DNA of 45,233 bases from Elainellaceae cyanobacterium (GCA_051117555.1 JBNPEG010000001.1:1-45233), one strand, 5' to 3'. Counted from the stretch's first letter, positions 1 to 8,518 are shown. Notes: generated from the letters alone by a model not told the origin. Numbers and translations are program-made.

Positions 1-1
1 C

Positions 2-403
2 TATCAAGCCCACGGCAACTATGCGGTGGAATATCGCTTGACGCTGCCGCTCGTCAACCCCACTCGTCAAGACCAGCGGGTGACAGTGGCACTCGAAACC
101 CCCATTAAAGAAGATAATCTTTCTGAAGACGGCTTACAGTTCTTCGACCCGCTGCCGCCGCAGGTGTTTTTTCGGGGCACGGTGAGGGTCCGCTATACGG
201 ATGATGCTGGGCTTCCCCGAACTCGTTACGTGCATCTCGTCCAGCGTCGCGGTCAAGAAGGAGAACCCCTCGTATCCCTCACCTTACCGGGACTGACTTC
301 TGAGGGCGATCGCCCCCAAACTCGACTGGTGCAAGTGGACTTTCTCTATCCGCCTGATTCAACTCCTCCACAGGTCTTGACGATTCACACCACACGTCCC
401 TAA
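2..403 (+). CDS. DUF3370-family protein, C-terminal part (5' end lies outside window)
   Basis: Frame open from position 2 (YQAHGNYAVEY...); motifs FFRGTVRVRY, YVHLVQRRG, VDFLYPPDSTPPQVLT recalled from cyanobacterial DUF3370. Confidence 0.8.
   Translation, partial: YQAHGNYAVEYRLTLPLVNPTRQDQRVTVALETPIKEDNLSEDGLQFFDPLPPQVFFRGTVRVRYTDDAGLPRTRYVHLVQRRGQEGEPLVSLTLPGLTSEGDRPQTRLVQVDFLYPPDSTPPQVLTIHTTRP
306..370 (+). repeat. Left copy of 65-bp direct repeat (DUF3370 3' end), starts at a HIP1 site
   Basis: Matches 10274-10338 at 57/65 positions by manual alignment. Confidence 0.9.
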
Positions 404-534
404 TAGGGGATATACACAATTTGTGTAACGCATTTAGGTAAACGGGCAGTTGGGTAGGGCAAACGGCCATTTGACCGTGCAGAACCATTGCCAATGGTAG
501 GTTATTGACAAGCGAGTCCGTAAGACGAGTCGCG

Positions 535-1072
535 GTCTGATATTAAGCTTTCTATATCTGATATCAAGCGTTCTGTATCTGATATCAATCATTTAGTGTC
601 GGATAGGCAGCATTCACTGTCGGATATCAAGCGTTTTATATCCGATGGCAATCATTCACAATCAGATAATCATCATTTACTATCCGATGGCAATCATTCA
701 CTATCGGATAATCATCATTTACTATCCGATGGTGATTGTTCACTATCCGATGGTCATCATTTAATGGCAGATGGTAAATGTTCACTATCCGATGGTCATC
801 ATTTAATGCCTGATAATGAACGTTCACTGTCTGATAGTGATCATTCACTATCTGATGGTCATCATTTCATACTCGATTAAGAAAATCTTATACTTCGCAT
901 GGATTGATCACTATCCAATATCAAATTTTCACCACTCGATATCAAGTGAAGTCGGTCGGATATGAAATCGAGACCAACGAGATTAGAAAATTCTATATTG
1001 CCAGTCAAAAATTGCGGTTGGTTTGGCAAATCGAGACCACTACCTATGAAATCGAAACAGCTCATATCAGTT
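535..1072 (+). repeat. Degenerate 21-bp tandem repeat array, two sub-arrays (~535-875 and ~905-1072)
   Basis: Units such as TCACTATCCGATGGTCATCAT recur every 21 bp; ORF 596-880 reads as heptads SLSDGNH/HLLSDGH. Confidence 0.85.
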
Positions 1073-1223
1073 TTCCTAATTTGGGGATGTGAGTCGAGGG
1101 GCGAATGCACAATGTTCTGAAAGTTCTGTAGAAATACGGGTTAGCCGATTCTAAATGGAGGGCACTTCTAAAATGGGCTGGCAATGTCCAGTTCAATCCA
1201 CTCTAATCATCTAGGAATATGAT

Positions 1224-1694
1224 ATGGCTCCAAATTTAGATCAGGTTGTGCTCTCCGATAGCGACCACAACGACGTGATGGTGGCGATCGCCACCATTCG
1301 AGCAAAGCTGGACTTCTTAGTCAACCTAACGGTCGATGAACGCCGATCGTCAGCCAAAATGGGAGATAAAACTCGCATCTTTATCCAAAAAGCGATGGAT
1401 GTCGCCAATCGCCACTCTGACTTTCTACCCCGCTCATTTGACGTAGACGAAATGCGTCGAGAAGTCGATCTGTTTGAAAAGCTTTATCCGGTTCTACTAT
1501 CGCTGTCTCAACTGCATGAATTAGTTGAAGATACCTATATGATCGCCGGTGATGAAGCCTATGCGTCAGCACGCACGGTTTATCAATCAGCCAAAGCCAA
1601 TGGTCGTGGCATCGGGATTGATGCAGTGGTTGAAGAACTTGGACAACGCTTTACCCGTAAGCCTCGGAAGCCGCAGGTACGGACGGAGGCGTGA
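1224..1694 (+). CDS. Conserved hypothetical helical protein (156 aa)
   Basis: AGGA RBS-like motif upstream; FLVNLT.DER...KMGDK...F..KA, FLPRSFDVDE and G.EAY..A..VY motifs resemble a widespread uncharacterised family. Confidence 0.8.
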   Translation: MAPNLDQVVLSDSDHNDVMVAIATIRAKLDFLVNLTVDERRSSAKMGDKTRIFIQKAMDVANRHSDFLPRSFDVDEMRREVDLFEKLYPVLLSLSQLHELVEDTYMIAGDEAYASARTVYQSAKANGRGIGIDAVVEELGQRFTRKPRKPQVRTEA

Positions 1695-1778
1695 TGGGGT
1701 AATGGGATGATGGAGTGGTGGAGTGATCAAGTCATCTCCATCACTCCCTTACTCCCTTACTCCCTTACTCCCTTACTT
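1693..1778. repeat. Short tandem repeats (8-bp ACTCCCTT x4) with a complementary GGAGTG arm between convergent genes
   Basis: ACTCCCTT repeats at ~1743-1777; GATGGAGTGGTGGAGTGAT at ~1707-1727 can pair with them. Confidence 0.75.
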
Positions 1779-2063
1779 CTAAACGGGCGATCGCCAGCGA
1801 ATCAGATAACTCATCACATCACCTTGTTCGGGTGTGATAATGATGCCCGTTTCAGGTACGTGAAGTAGCGGACTCCACAATCGCTGCTCCACATAGCCCA
1901 GCACATGTAGATGATGAATAGTACTTTGCACACCGTTGGTAGAACCGAGCAGAATATGCCGCAAGGGTTCTCGCTCAGGTTGAGCAGTAGGAGAGACGAG
2001 CAATAGCGGACTGTTCGCCTCACCCTCAAGGGCAGGCGATGAAGTATTAGGTAAGTATGTCAC
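1779..2063 (-). CDS. Small conserved cyanobacterial hypothetical protein (~94 aa from GTG)
   Basis: GGAGG 7 nt before GTG at 2063; EPLRHILLGS...TIHHLHVLGY...WSPLL...G.VMS.L motif. Confidence 0.7.
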   Translation of the reverse strand: MTYLPNTSSPALEGEANSPLLLVSPTAQPEREPLRHILLGSTNGVQSTIHHLHVLGYVEQRLWSPLLHVPETGIIITPEQGDVMSYLIRWRSPV

Positions 2064-2508
2064 TGGGATTCCTCCGAGAGTGAGTAGGGTAAGGAATCCC
2101 AACAACTTGGCCGTCCCAGACGGTGTACAGTGCGAGACGGCCTAGAATAAATCTAGCCTTCGCGACTGGCTGCTTCAGTCGTGGGGGTTAGGTATCGGGT
2201 TTTGTTGGCTGCAATTCCCGGTACCGCCTGACCAAGTTCTTGGGAAAACAAGCTGCGGACAAAACAGCTATAGCTCAAAACGCTACCGAATTTGACGAAC
2301 CAAGTCAAGTCAAATTTGATACTAATTTTGGATGAGATGATCGGATGAGCACAGTGCAACTGTTGTGAATGATGCACTCGCGCTTCAGAATTTCTTAATG
2401 GCACGTTTTGGTGGAGAGTGGATAGGATGAGGGGCGACTAGGTCGCTTTTACTCTGCCGTTGTTTATCCGTCCACTGAGGTTCTCCCATGGAACTGAGCA
2501 AGATGAGG

Positions 2509-2671
2509 ATATGAGCAATCTATCTCTTAGGAATAGACATTATCGGTAATAAGTTGCTCAGTCCGAGAATCGATGACAAAGCTATAGAAATTGACGATTC
2601 TGTGTCGAGAATTGAGCACTTTTTTATTTCCGATTAAGTCTAATATATGAGCAATCTATCTCTTAGGAATA
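2509..2671 (+). repeat. Perfect 27-bp direct repeat ATATGAGCAATCTATCTCTTAGGAATA (2509-2535 and 2645-2671)
   Basis: Identical copies 136 bp apart, upstream of the TPR-TIR gene. Confidence 0.9.
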
Positions 2672-2918
2672 TTGGATTCCCTGTGTCAATCTAATTTATG
2701 AGAGCTATTTCAAAACAGGTATTTCGGCAGGCGATTGATATAGATGATCACTATCGCAATTCCGATTTTCATAAGCACCTGACAAAACAAAGTTTGGATG
2801 CAGCATACAACAGGGTGGAGTGCTGAAACAAATCCTTGCAGCAATAGAGTAACTGTGCGATAAGTGTGTTAAAGAAGTCGGTATTCTGGAAGAGTTGATG
2901 GAGGTATGACTGCTAAGG

Positions 2919-3818
2919 ATGGGATTCTTTGATGATTATTTTCTGGGAGATGATGAAAAGCAAGCATTAGACTATTGGAGACAGCAAAAAGCGTCGACGC
3001 AACAAGCAGCCTACCTGTACCAACAAGGAGTACAATATCGAGACCAAAATAATTTACCAGCAGCAATCGAGCTATTCATTCAAGCAATTCACACAAACCA
3101 TAGTGAAGCCACTTATTGGAATGACTATGCTTACACAAGGTGTATGCAAAGTTACAGTAATCAAATTTCTCTTGCTGATGACGTTTTAGATGCTGCTAAT
3201 ACAGCAGTTATGTTGCGCGACGATTGTGTCACTCGCTTCACAAGGGGATGGGTACTTTTGTATTTAGGAAGATTGCCAGAAGCGTTGTTCGAGTGGAGTG
3301 TCTCAGTCAGATGGAATCGAAATAATGAACAGCTCAAATCATGGATTGAGCACACACTTAGTCGAGTATTTATTTCATACGGTTTCAATCCTTTGGATCA
3401 AGTATTAGCAGAGGGATTAGAATTGTATTTGAAATCTCAAAATTTTAGCCCTGTTACAGGAAAAGAGTTTGAAGTTGGTAGCGTTCCTCAAAAAGTGAGA
3501 AAAAGAATTTCTAATTCCTTTTTTCTAATTGCAATTCTGACTCAAAAGCAGCAACAGCTCGACGAAACTTTCTCAACAAGTAATTGGTTAATTGCAGAAG
3601 CATCGGCTGCTCGCGCACTGAATCGACAAGTCATTCTGATGGTTGAACAAGGTATCAATAGAGATAGTTATTCTTGTGTATTAGGAGATGAGGAGTATAT
3701 TACGTTTAATAGAAATAACTATACAAGCCAGTGTGGAAAACTCATTCAGGCGTTAAATAAAAAACGTCAACAAATTTTTAATGACATCCTCCAGGGCAGG
3801 TATACCCTTTTATCTTAA
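2919..3818 (+). CDS. TPR-repeat plus C-terminal TIR-like domain protein
   Basis: N-terminal TPR-like helices (LYQQG...AAIELFIQAI; RGWVLLYLGRLPEAL); C-terminal VFISY, FFLIAILT, SNWLIAE (E227) and EYITF match the TIR strand/helix pattern. Confidence 0.7.
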   Translation: MGFFDDYFLGDDEKQALDYWRQQKASTQQAAYLYQQGVQYRDQNNLPAAIELFIQAIHTNHSEATYWNDYAYTRCMQSYSNQISLADDVLDAANTAVMLRDDCVTRFTRGWVLLYLGRLPEALFEWSVSVRWNRNNEQLKSWIEHTLSRVFISYGFNPLDQVLAEGLELYLKSQNFSPVTGKEFEVGSVPQKVRKRISNSFFLIAILTQKQQQLDETFSTSNWLIAEASAARALNRQVILMVEQGINRDSYSCVLGDEEYITFNRNNYTSQCGKLIQALNKKRQQIFNDILQGRYTLLS

Positions 3819-3830
3819 GCAATATCTCTC

Positions 3831-4322
3831 ATGGGAAGAATGACAAAGGAAAAATATGGAGACCAGTATCAACTTCATCTTCTGGAGCAATATAAGCTTT
3901 ATGTAGAAATGGCAGATCGAATTAGCGCTAGAAGATTACAGACCAACGGTTTTTATATCACACTTCTTTCCGGTCTGCTAACGCTTCTCTCATTTCTGAA
4001 TGTAGATAAAGATCAAGAAGTTCATACTCAAAATAATATTTTTTTTCTTGTTGTCGGCGTAATTGGACTGACATTATGTGCTACGTGGCTCTTTAATATT
4101 CGCTCATTCAAACAGATTAATTCGCTCAAGTTTAAAGTAATTCATGAAATGGAACAGAATTTACCCTTCCCTTGCTATAGCAGAGAATGGGAAATTCTAA
4201 AACAAGATGGAAGCCGAGAGAAGTATTTAAGACAAACAAAGATTGAGCAATTTATCCCTTTTATTCTCGCGGTTCCCTATTGTGGATTCATTCTCTATTG
4301 GCTTAGGAGTCTACTTTTTTAG
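3831..4322 (+). CDS. Multi-TM membrane protein, RipA/8xMP-like octameric membrane protein family
   Basis: LLEQYKLYVEMADRISARR...N.FY, W...I.SFKQINS.KFKVI.EME..LP and T.IEQFIP motifs; about three hydrophobic segments; 12 nt after the TIR gene. Confidence 0.7.
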   Translation: MGRMTKEKYGDQYQLHLLEQYKLYVEMADRISARRLQTNGFYITLLSGLLTLLSFLNVDKDQEVHTQNNIFFLVVGVIGLTLCATWLFNIRSFKQINSLKFKVIHEMEQNLPFPCYSREWEILKQDGSREKYLRQTKIEQFIPFILAVPYCGFILYWLRSLLF

Positions 4323-4483
4323 TGCGATTGCTCCCTCTGCGAATTCAGTTGACATAAGGAAACCCAACATCAAACCCGTTAGATCACCTCATTAATTCCC
4401 CATGCTAAACAATTGAGGAATTTACCAGAGTGCTAATCCTATCAATGACTCAATGGTAGCAATCGCCCGTGACTTTTTAGGGG

Positions 4484-4599
4484 GCGATCGCCCCTTGTCG
4501 CTCTAAAAGGTAGTACTACAAAAACTCCTGACGGTAAGTTTTTGTGGAAAGTGGATAGGATGAGGGGCAATTAGGCGAAGTTTGTTAAGGGGCGATCGC
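4484..4599. mobile_element. HIP1-terminated ~115-bp MITE-like element, copy 1
   Basis: Ends GCGATCGCCCCTT...AAGGGGCGATCGC are inverted repeats; internal hairpin CTACAAAAACT/AGTTTTTGTGG. Confidence 0.7.
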
Positions 4600-4684
4600 T
4601 CAGTGTGTTTTGTGACAATTACGCTGAAGTTTGCACATATGATGTGATTAGGAATGTCGCGTGTCTTCATAGACACCTCAACAC

Positions 4685-4909
4685 ATGGAAGTTCTAAAAC
4701 TAACAGCAACAATCGATGAATCTGGATATCTCAACGTCAGAATTCCGACAGAGTTAGCCTCGGTTGACGTTAACGTGGTGGTCATTCTAAATCCGGTTTC
4801 ACCATCTGAGCACTTGCATTCCAAATACGACTTTTCTGATCTAGCTGGCCGACTGGCCTGGCAAGGCGACGCGGTGACCGCACAGAGGTCATTACGAGAT
4901 GAATGGTAA
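4685..4909 (+). CDS. Putative antitoxin (VapB-like partner)
   Basis: 74 aa ending in QRSLRDEW, overlapping the downstream PIN gene. Confidence 0.75.
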   Translation: MEVLKLTATIDESGYLNVRIPTELASVDVNVVVILNPVSPSEHLHSKYDFSDLAGRLAWQGDAVTAQRSLRDEW

Positions 4910-5279
4910 TGATCGCTATGTGCTAGACACAAATGCTATTGTTACGCTATTGCGGGGAGATTATCGACTGGTTGAGTTGTTGAGCAACGCAAGCTGGATC
5001 GGCATCTCCATTATTAGCCAAATCGAGTTTTTAGCGTTTTCCGACCTCAGCCAGGATGACCGCAATCTGTTCCGACAGTTTCTACAGCGAATCGACGTTG
5101 TTGGATTAACAGTCGGCGATGAAGTATTAGTTGAGAAAATCGTTGAAATTCGTCAGCAGTATCGGTTAAAACTACCAGATGCGATAATTGCAGCGATCGC
5201 AATCCAAAACACAGCCTCTTTGGTAACGGCTGATAAGGAATTTACCAAGGTGCCAATTCTATCAATGACTCAATGGTAG
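4899..5279 (+). CDS. vapC: PIN-domain VapC toxin
   Basis: YVLDTN, ISQIE, LKLPDAIIAA and LVTAD PIN motifs. Confidence 0.92.
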   Translation: MNGNDRYVLDTNAIVTLLRGDYRLVELLSNASWIGISIISQIEFLAFSDLSQDDRNLFRQFLQRIDVVGLTVGDEVLVEKIVEIRQQYRLKLPDAIIAAIAIQNTASLVTADKEFTKVPILSMTQW

Positions 5280-5303
5280 CGATCGCACGTGACTTTTTAG
5301 GGG

Positions 5304-5418
5304 GCGATCGCCCCTTATCGCTCTAAAAGGTAGCACCACAAAAACTCCTGACGGTAAGTTTTTGTGGAGAGTGGACAGGATTAGGGGCGATTAGGTGAAG
5401 TAGTTGATGGGCGATCGA
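5304..5418. mobile_element. HIP1-terminated MITE-like element, copy 2
   Basis: Near-identical to 4484-4599; perfect CCACAAAAACT/AGTTTTTGTGG stem; right HIP1 degenerate (GCGATCGA). Confidence 0.7.
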
Positions 5419-5534
5419 TTTACCCTCTTTCACTGAGTCTCTTATTATGGGATTGTTCAACACAATTCCGCATAACATTCTGCTAAAAATGGGATCTGAT
5501 TTCATTGAAGCTACTAAACGGTAAGGCTTTAGAC

Positions 5535-5587
5535 AAATTAAAGTCCCAGATCTTATGCCGAAAAATCCCGTCTAATCATTGTTGTAC
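5535..5587 (+). other. Putative attI-like recombination site, copy A (…CGTCTAATCATT GTTGTAC)
   Basis: ~50 bp shared with 6712-6764 and 7817-7869; identity stops right after GTT. Confidence 0.6.
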
Positions 5588-5786
5588 TGCCTGAGTTCTC
5601 GGTTAGGATATAAGTTAAAGCCTGTAAGTTGCAAATGCTTAATGCATCCAAATCTGGGTTTGAGGTTTGGTTGAGCAAGTGTTAATGAGATAAAATCGAG
5701 GCAGAGTCATACTGGCTACAGTTTTCAACTCTAGAAGGTAAGCAGTATGGTAGCGGCTTGAATCAGCACAATGAGGGCTTGAGCTA

Positions 5787-5993
5787 ATGACTTTTAGTGA
5801 TGTGGTTGAAGTGATCAAAAGTCTTTCCACAGATGAGAAGCGCGAAATTCATCTGTTGTTGCAGCAGTACCTCCGTGAAGAGCGCCGGGACGAAATACAT
5901 AACAACTTCGAGTTAGCGCAAGTTGAGCAGCAAAAAGGTGAACTGAAGTTTTCCTCCAACATTGAAGAACTGAAACAGTTGATAGAGGAATAA
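5787..5993 (+). CDS. Putative antitoxin paired with YafQ-like toxin
   Basis: 68-aa acidic ORF ending 2 nt before a RelE-superfamily toxin. Confidence 0.75.
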   Translation: MTFSDVVEVIKSLSTDEKREIHLLLQQYLREERRDEIHNNFELAQVEQQKGELKFSSNIEELKQLIEE

Positions 5994-5995
5994 TT

Positions 5996-6262
5996 GTGGA
6001 GGTCAGTTTCAGTTCTCCATTTAAACGGGCTTTCAAGAAGCGCATCAAAGGCAATGCAGATCTAGAGGCAAGATTTTGGCAAAAGTTGGAACAATTCACC
6101 ACAGATCCGTTTGACCCAAGTTTGAAAACGCATAAACTATCGGGCAAGCTCAAAGAGTTTTGGAGTTTTAGCGTAGATTACGATGAAAGAGTGTTGTTCT
6201 ACTTTATGGAAGACGGAAAGGCTGTGTTTGTAGATATCGGTAGCCATGATGAGGTGTATTGA
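5996..6262 (+). CDS. RelE/YafQ-family mRNA interferase toxin
   Basis: FKRAFKK, PSLKTHKLSG.L, WSFSV.YD.R and DIGSHDEVY motifs. Confidence 0.88.
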   Translation: MEVSFSSPFKRAFKKRIKGNADLEARFWQKLEQFTTDPFDPSLKTHKLSGKLKEFWSFSVDYDERVLFYFMEDGKAVFVDIGSHDEVY

Positions 6263-6399
6263 GAGCATTCAACATCAAACCCCGTTATATCACCTCATTA
6301 ATTACCCATCCTAAAAATTCTCCAGCGGGTAATCCCAACCCTATCGCCGAGCCAACACACCGGGATCTATCTACTTCTTTAAAGTTGTCACCCGATGCC

Positions 6400-6465
6400 G
6401 CCTCTTTAGTAACGGCTAATAAGGAATTTATCAAGGTGCTAATCCTATCAATTACTCAGTGGTAG
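6400..6465 (+). pseudogene. Duplicated 3' tail of vapC (shorter copy also at ~4416-4459)
   Basis: Matches ~5214-5279 (ASLVTA.KEF.KV.ILS.TQW*). Confidence 0.85.
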
Positions 6466-6488
6466 CGATCGCCCGTGACCTTTTTGGG

Positions 6489-6604
6489 GCGATCGCCCCT
6501 TGTCGTTCTAAAAGGTAGTACTACAAAAACTCCCTGACGGTAAGTTTTTGTGGAGAGTGGATAGGATTAGGAGCGATTAGGTGAAGTCTGTTAAGGGCGA
6601 TCGC
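6489..6604. mobile_element. HIP1-terminated MITE-like element, copy 3
   Basis: Near-identical to 4484-4599. Confidence 0.7.
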
Positions 6605-6627
6605 TCAGTGTGTTTTGTGATAATTAC

Positions 6628-6712
6628 ATTGTTACGCTATTGCGGGGAGATTATCGACTGGTTGAGTTGTTGAGCAACGCAAGTTGGATCGGCATCTCCA
6701 TTATTGGCCAAA
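6628..6712 (+). pseudogene. Internal vapC fragment (IVTLLRGDYRLVELLSNASWIGISII)
   Basis: Near-identical to ~4938-5022. Confidence 0.88.
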
Positions 6713-6764
6713 AATCAAAGTCCCAGATTTTATACCGAAAGATTCCGTCTAATCATTGTTGGCC
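6712..6764 (+). other. Putative attI-like site, copy B (…CGTCTAATCATT GTTGGCC)
   Basis: Shared with copies A and C up to GTT at 6758-6760. Confidence 0.6.
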
Positions 6765-6893
6765 TGCTTCAATCCTCGCTTGGGACAGGACTCAAATCGC
6801 TTCTGTTGAGTACCGAAAGCGATCGCATTAATACCCCATGTCACACCGAAAATTGTATTGACAATGTAAATACAGCTTGCCTACACTACAGAC

Positions 6894-7190
6894 ATGGATG
6901 TGTATTTCGTACTCAACGGCATTACTTTCGTCTGGAATGACGAAAAAGCCAAGATCAACTCGATCAGCCATGATGGTGTTACGTTTCAGCAAGCCACAGA
7001 AGCCTTCTTCGATCCACTACTTGTGGTTGTTGATGCTAGTCGTAATGATGAAGCGCGAGATGCCATTATTGGTTTAGATAGGCGTTGGAACTTGCTGTAC
7101 GTTGTCTTTGTTGAGCGGGAAAACGACATCATTCGGATCATTTCGGCTCGTAAAGCAACACGGAAGGAACGGGAATTTTATGAAACCTGA
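6894..7190 (+). CDS. brnT: BrnT-family toxin
   Basis: F.WN.EKA..N...H.GVTF..A.E.F.DP and IIRIISARKAT..ER..Y motifs. Confidence 0.9.
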   Translation: MDVYFVLNGITFVWNDEKAKINSISHDGVTFQQATEAFFDPLLVVVDASRNDEARDAIIGLDRRWNLLYVVFVERENDIIRIISARKATRKEREFYET

Positions 7191-7464
7191 GGCGTTGAAA
7201 AAGCGGTTGGATAGGAATCGTCCCATGACAACAATCACCATTCGTATGCCTGAAGATGTGATTGAAGATTTGAAGCAAGTTGCACCCCTGCTTGGTTTTT
7301 CTGGGTATCAACCTCTAGTGCGCGCTTATATTGGACAAGGGTTGCGAGCTGACTTGGAGCGTTTAGAAGGTGATACAGTACCTGCATTGATTGCAAGCCT
7401 CAAGCGTCACGGTGTCAGTGATGAAGTGATTCAAGAGGCACTAGGCGAAGTGACTGGGCGTTAG
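7180..7464 (+). CDS. BrnA/CopG-like RHH antitoxin
   Basis: ATG at 7180 overlaps the brnT end; ITIRMPEDVIEDLK...GYQPLVRAYI. Confidence 0.82.
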   Translation: MKPEALKKRLDRNRPMTTITIRMPEDVIEDLKQVAPLLGFSGYQPLVRAYIGQGLRADLERLEGDTVPALIASLKRHGVSDEVIQEALGEVTGR

Positions 7465-7488
7465 TTTGATCCTGGGTTGCCGCCAGCA

Positions 7489-7575
7489 TCCCAACAACCC
7501 CAACGCAGGGGACAGACGAGAGCCGCTGGTGCTAAGTTTGAGGTGAGCTGCTGCCGCTGGTCGGGAACGTCATGT
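7489..7575 (+). other. Degenerate attC site
   Basis: R'' TCCCAAC (7489-7495), L arms GCAGGGGAC…GCCGCTG, R' mutated to GTCATGT (7569-7575); same layout and length as the 9505-9590 site. Confidence 0.6.
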
Positions 7576-7596
7576 TGCCTCAAGTTATTGGTGGAG

Positions 7597-7709
7597 GCGA
7601 TCGCCCCTTATCGCTCTAAGAGAGAGTACTACAACTCCTGATGGTAAGTCTCTGTGGAGAGTGGACAGGATTAGGAGCGATTAGGCGAAGTCTGTTAAGG
7701 GGCGATCGC
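7597..7709. mobile_element. HIP1-terminated MITE-like element, copy 4
   Basis: 14-bp perfect terminal inverted repeat GCGATCGCCCCTTA/TAAGGGGCGATCGC. Confidence 0.7.
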
Positions 7710-7732
7710 TCAGTGTGTTTTGTGATAATTAC

Positions 7733-7817
7733 ATTGTTGCGCTGTTGCGGGGAGATTATCGACTGGTTGAGTTGTTGAGCAACGCAAGTTGGATCGGCAT
7801 CTCCATTATTAGCCAAA
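7733..7817 (+). pseudogene. Internal vapC fragment, second copy
   Basis: Near-identical to 6628-6712 and ~4938-5022. Confidence 0.85.
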
Positions 7818-7869
7818 AATCAAAGTCCCAGATCTTATGCCGAAAGATTCCGTCTAATCATTGTTAGGC
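7817..7869 (+). other. Putative attI-like site, copy C (…CGTCTAATCATT GTTAGGC)
   Basis: Ends in the canonical integron core GTTRRRY = GTTAGGC at 7863-7869. Confidence 0.65.
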
Positions 7870-7947
7870 GGCAGATACCTCGGAGTAGAAAATTACGGTT
7901 AAAGGCAGGGTGGCGAGGTGAGTTTTTGCGCTGAGTAGTGATTCAAA

Positions 7948-8480
7948 ATGACTGAAAATCTGACTTTCTCAAAATTTAAGGCTCAAGAATTTGATCCGAT
8001 ATCTGGACTGCTGTGCAATATTTTCGATACAACAAGGCCAGAGCTAGAATTGCTCTACAAAGAAGTAATTAACGATTTCGGTAAAGATGGGTGGCCGCCT
8101 CATTTTGTTCGGCGAAATTTCTTCAGGAGTCAGCATCAAGATTTTCAAAAAATATATGAAACATCCCCTTCAATTGCTATAGACTTGCCAAGTCTCTTTA
8201 CTACGGTGTAAAACTACCGAGAGCGGATCAAGAAAAATTTATAAGTACTTTGAAATTAGAAAATCTGGCTATGAGTCTCGTTGCTCTAGTTACCTGGGGG
8301 AAAGAGTCAGCGAATAGTGTTAAGGAATTAGATCTCAATATTCAGCACTTGAATTTTCCCCACCCTAGTGGCGCTGCCAATGGAACTTGGAAAAAGTTGA
8401 TGAATCAATCTCCTCCCTATGAAAATAAGCTGGTATACTGGAGTTCCGAGATCTCAAAGGTGCTACCTAAAAGTATCTGA
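7948..8480 (+). pseudogene. Disrupted gene, possibly uracil-DNA-glycosylase-like superfamily (fragments 7948-8211 and 8250-8480)
   Basis: Second fragment has LVTWG and FPHPSGAAN, resembling the UDG-superfamily HPS motif; no continuous ORF. Confidence 0.4.
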
Positions 8481-8518
8481 TGAGTTTGATCTAAGCATTA
8501 ATAATCGCAGTCTAAATC

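Noticed and set aside
535..1072. 21-bp repeats read as CRISPR or as confident CDSs (596-880, 636-848, 877-1110, 904-1092)
   Set aside because: Units are contiguous with no unique spacers, and open frames are expected from a repeat whose period is divisible by three.
6259..6831. ORFs 6259-6465 and 6610-6831 as genes
   Set aside because: They are chimeras of vapC fragments and repeat sequence.
4503..7816. Similar short minus-strand ORFs (4503-4712, 5323-5505, 7616-7816) ending LIAP.P.HSPQ.LT.RS
   Set aside because: They are translations through the repeated element with unrelated N-termini, and none resembles an integrase.
4484..7869. Repeat array read as CRISPR
   Set aside because: Repeats exceed 100 bp, the intervening sequences are ~0.7-1.1 kb with whole genes, and there are no cas genes.
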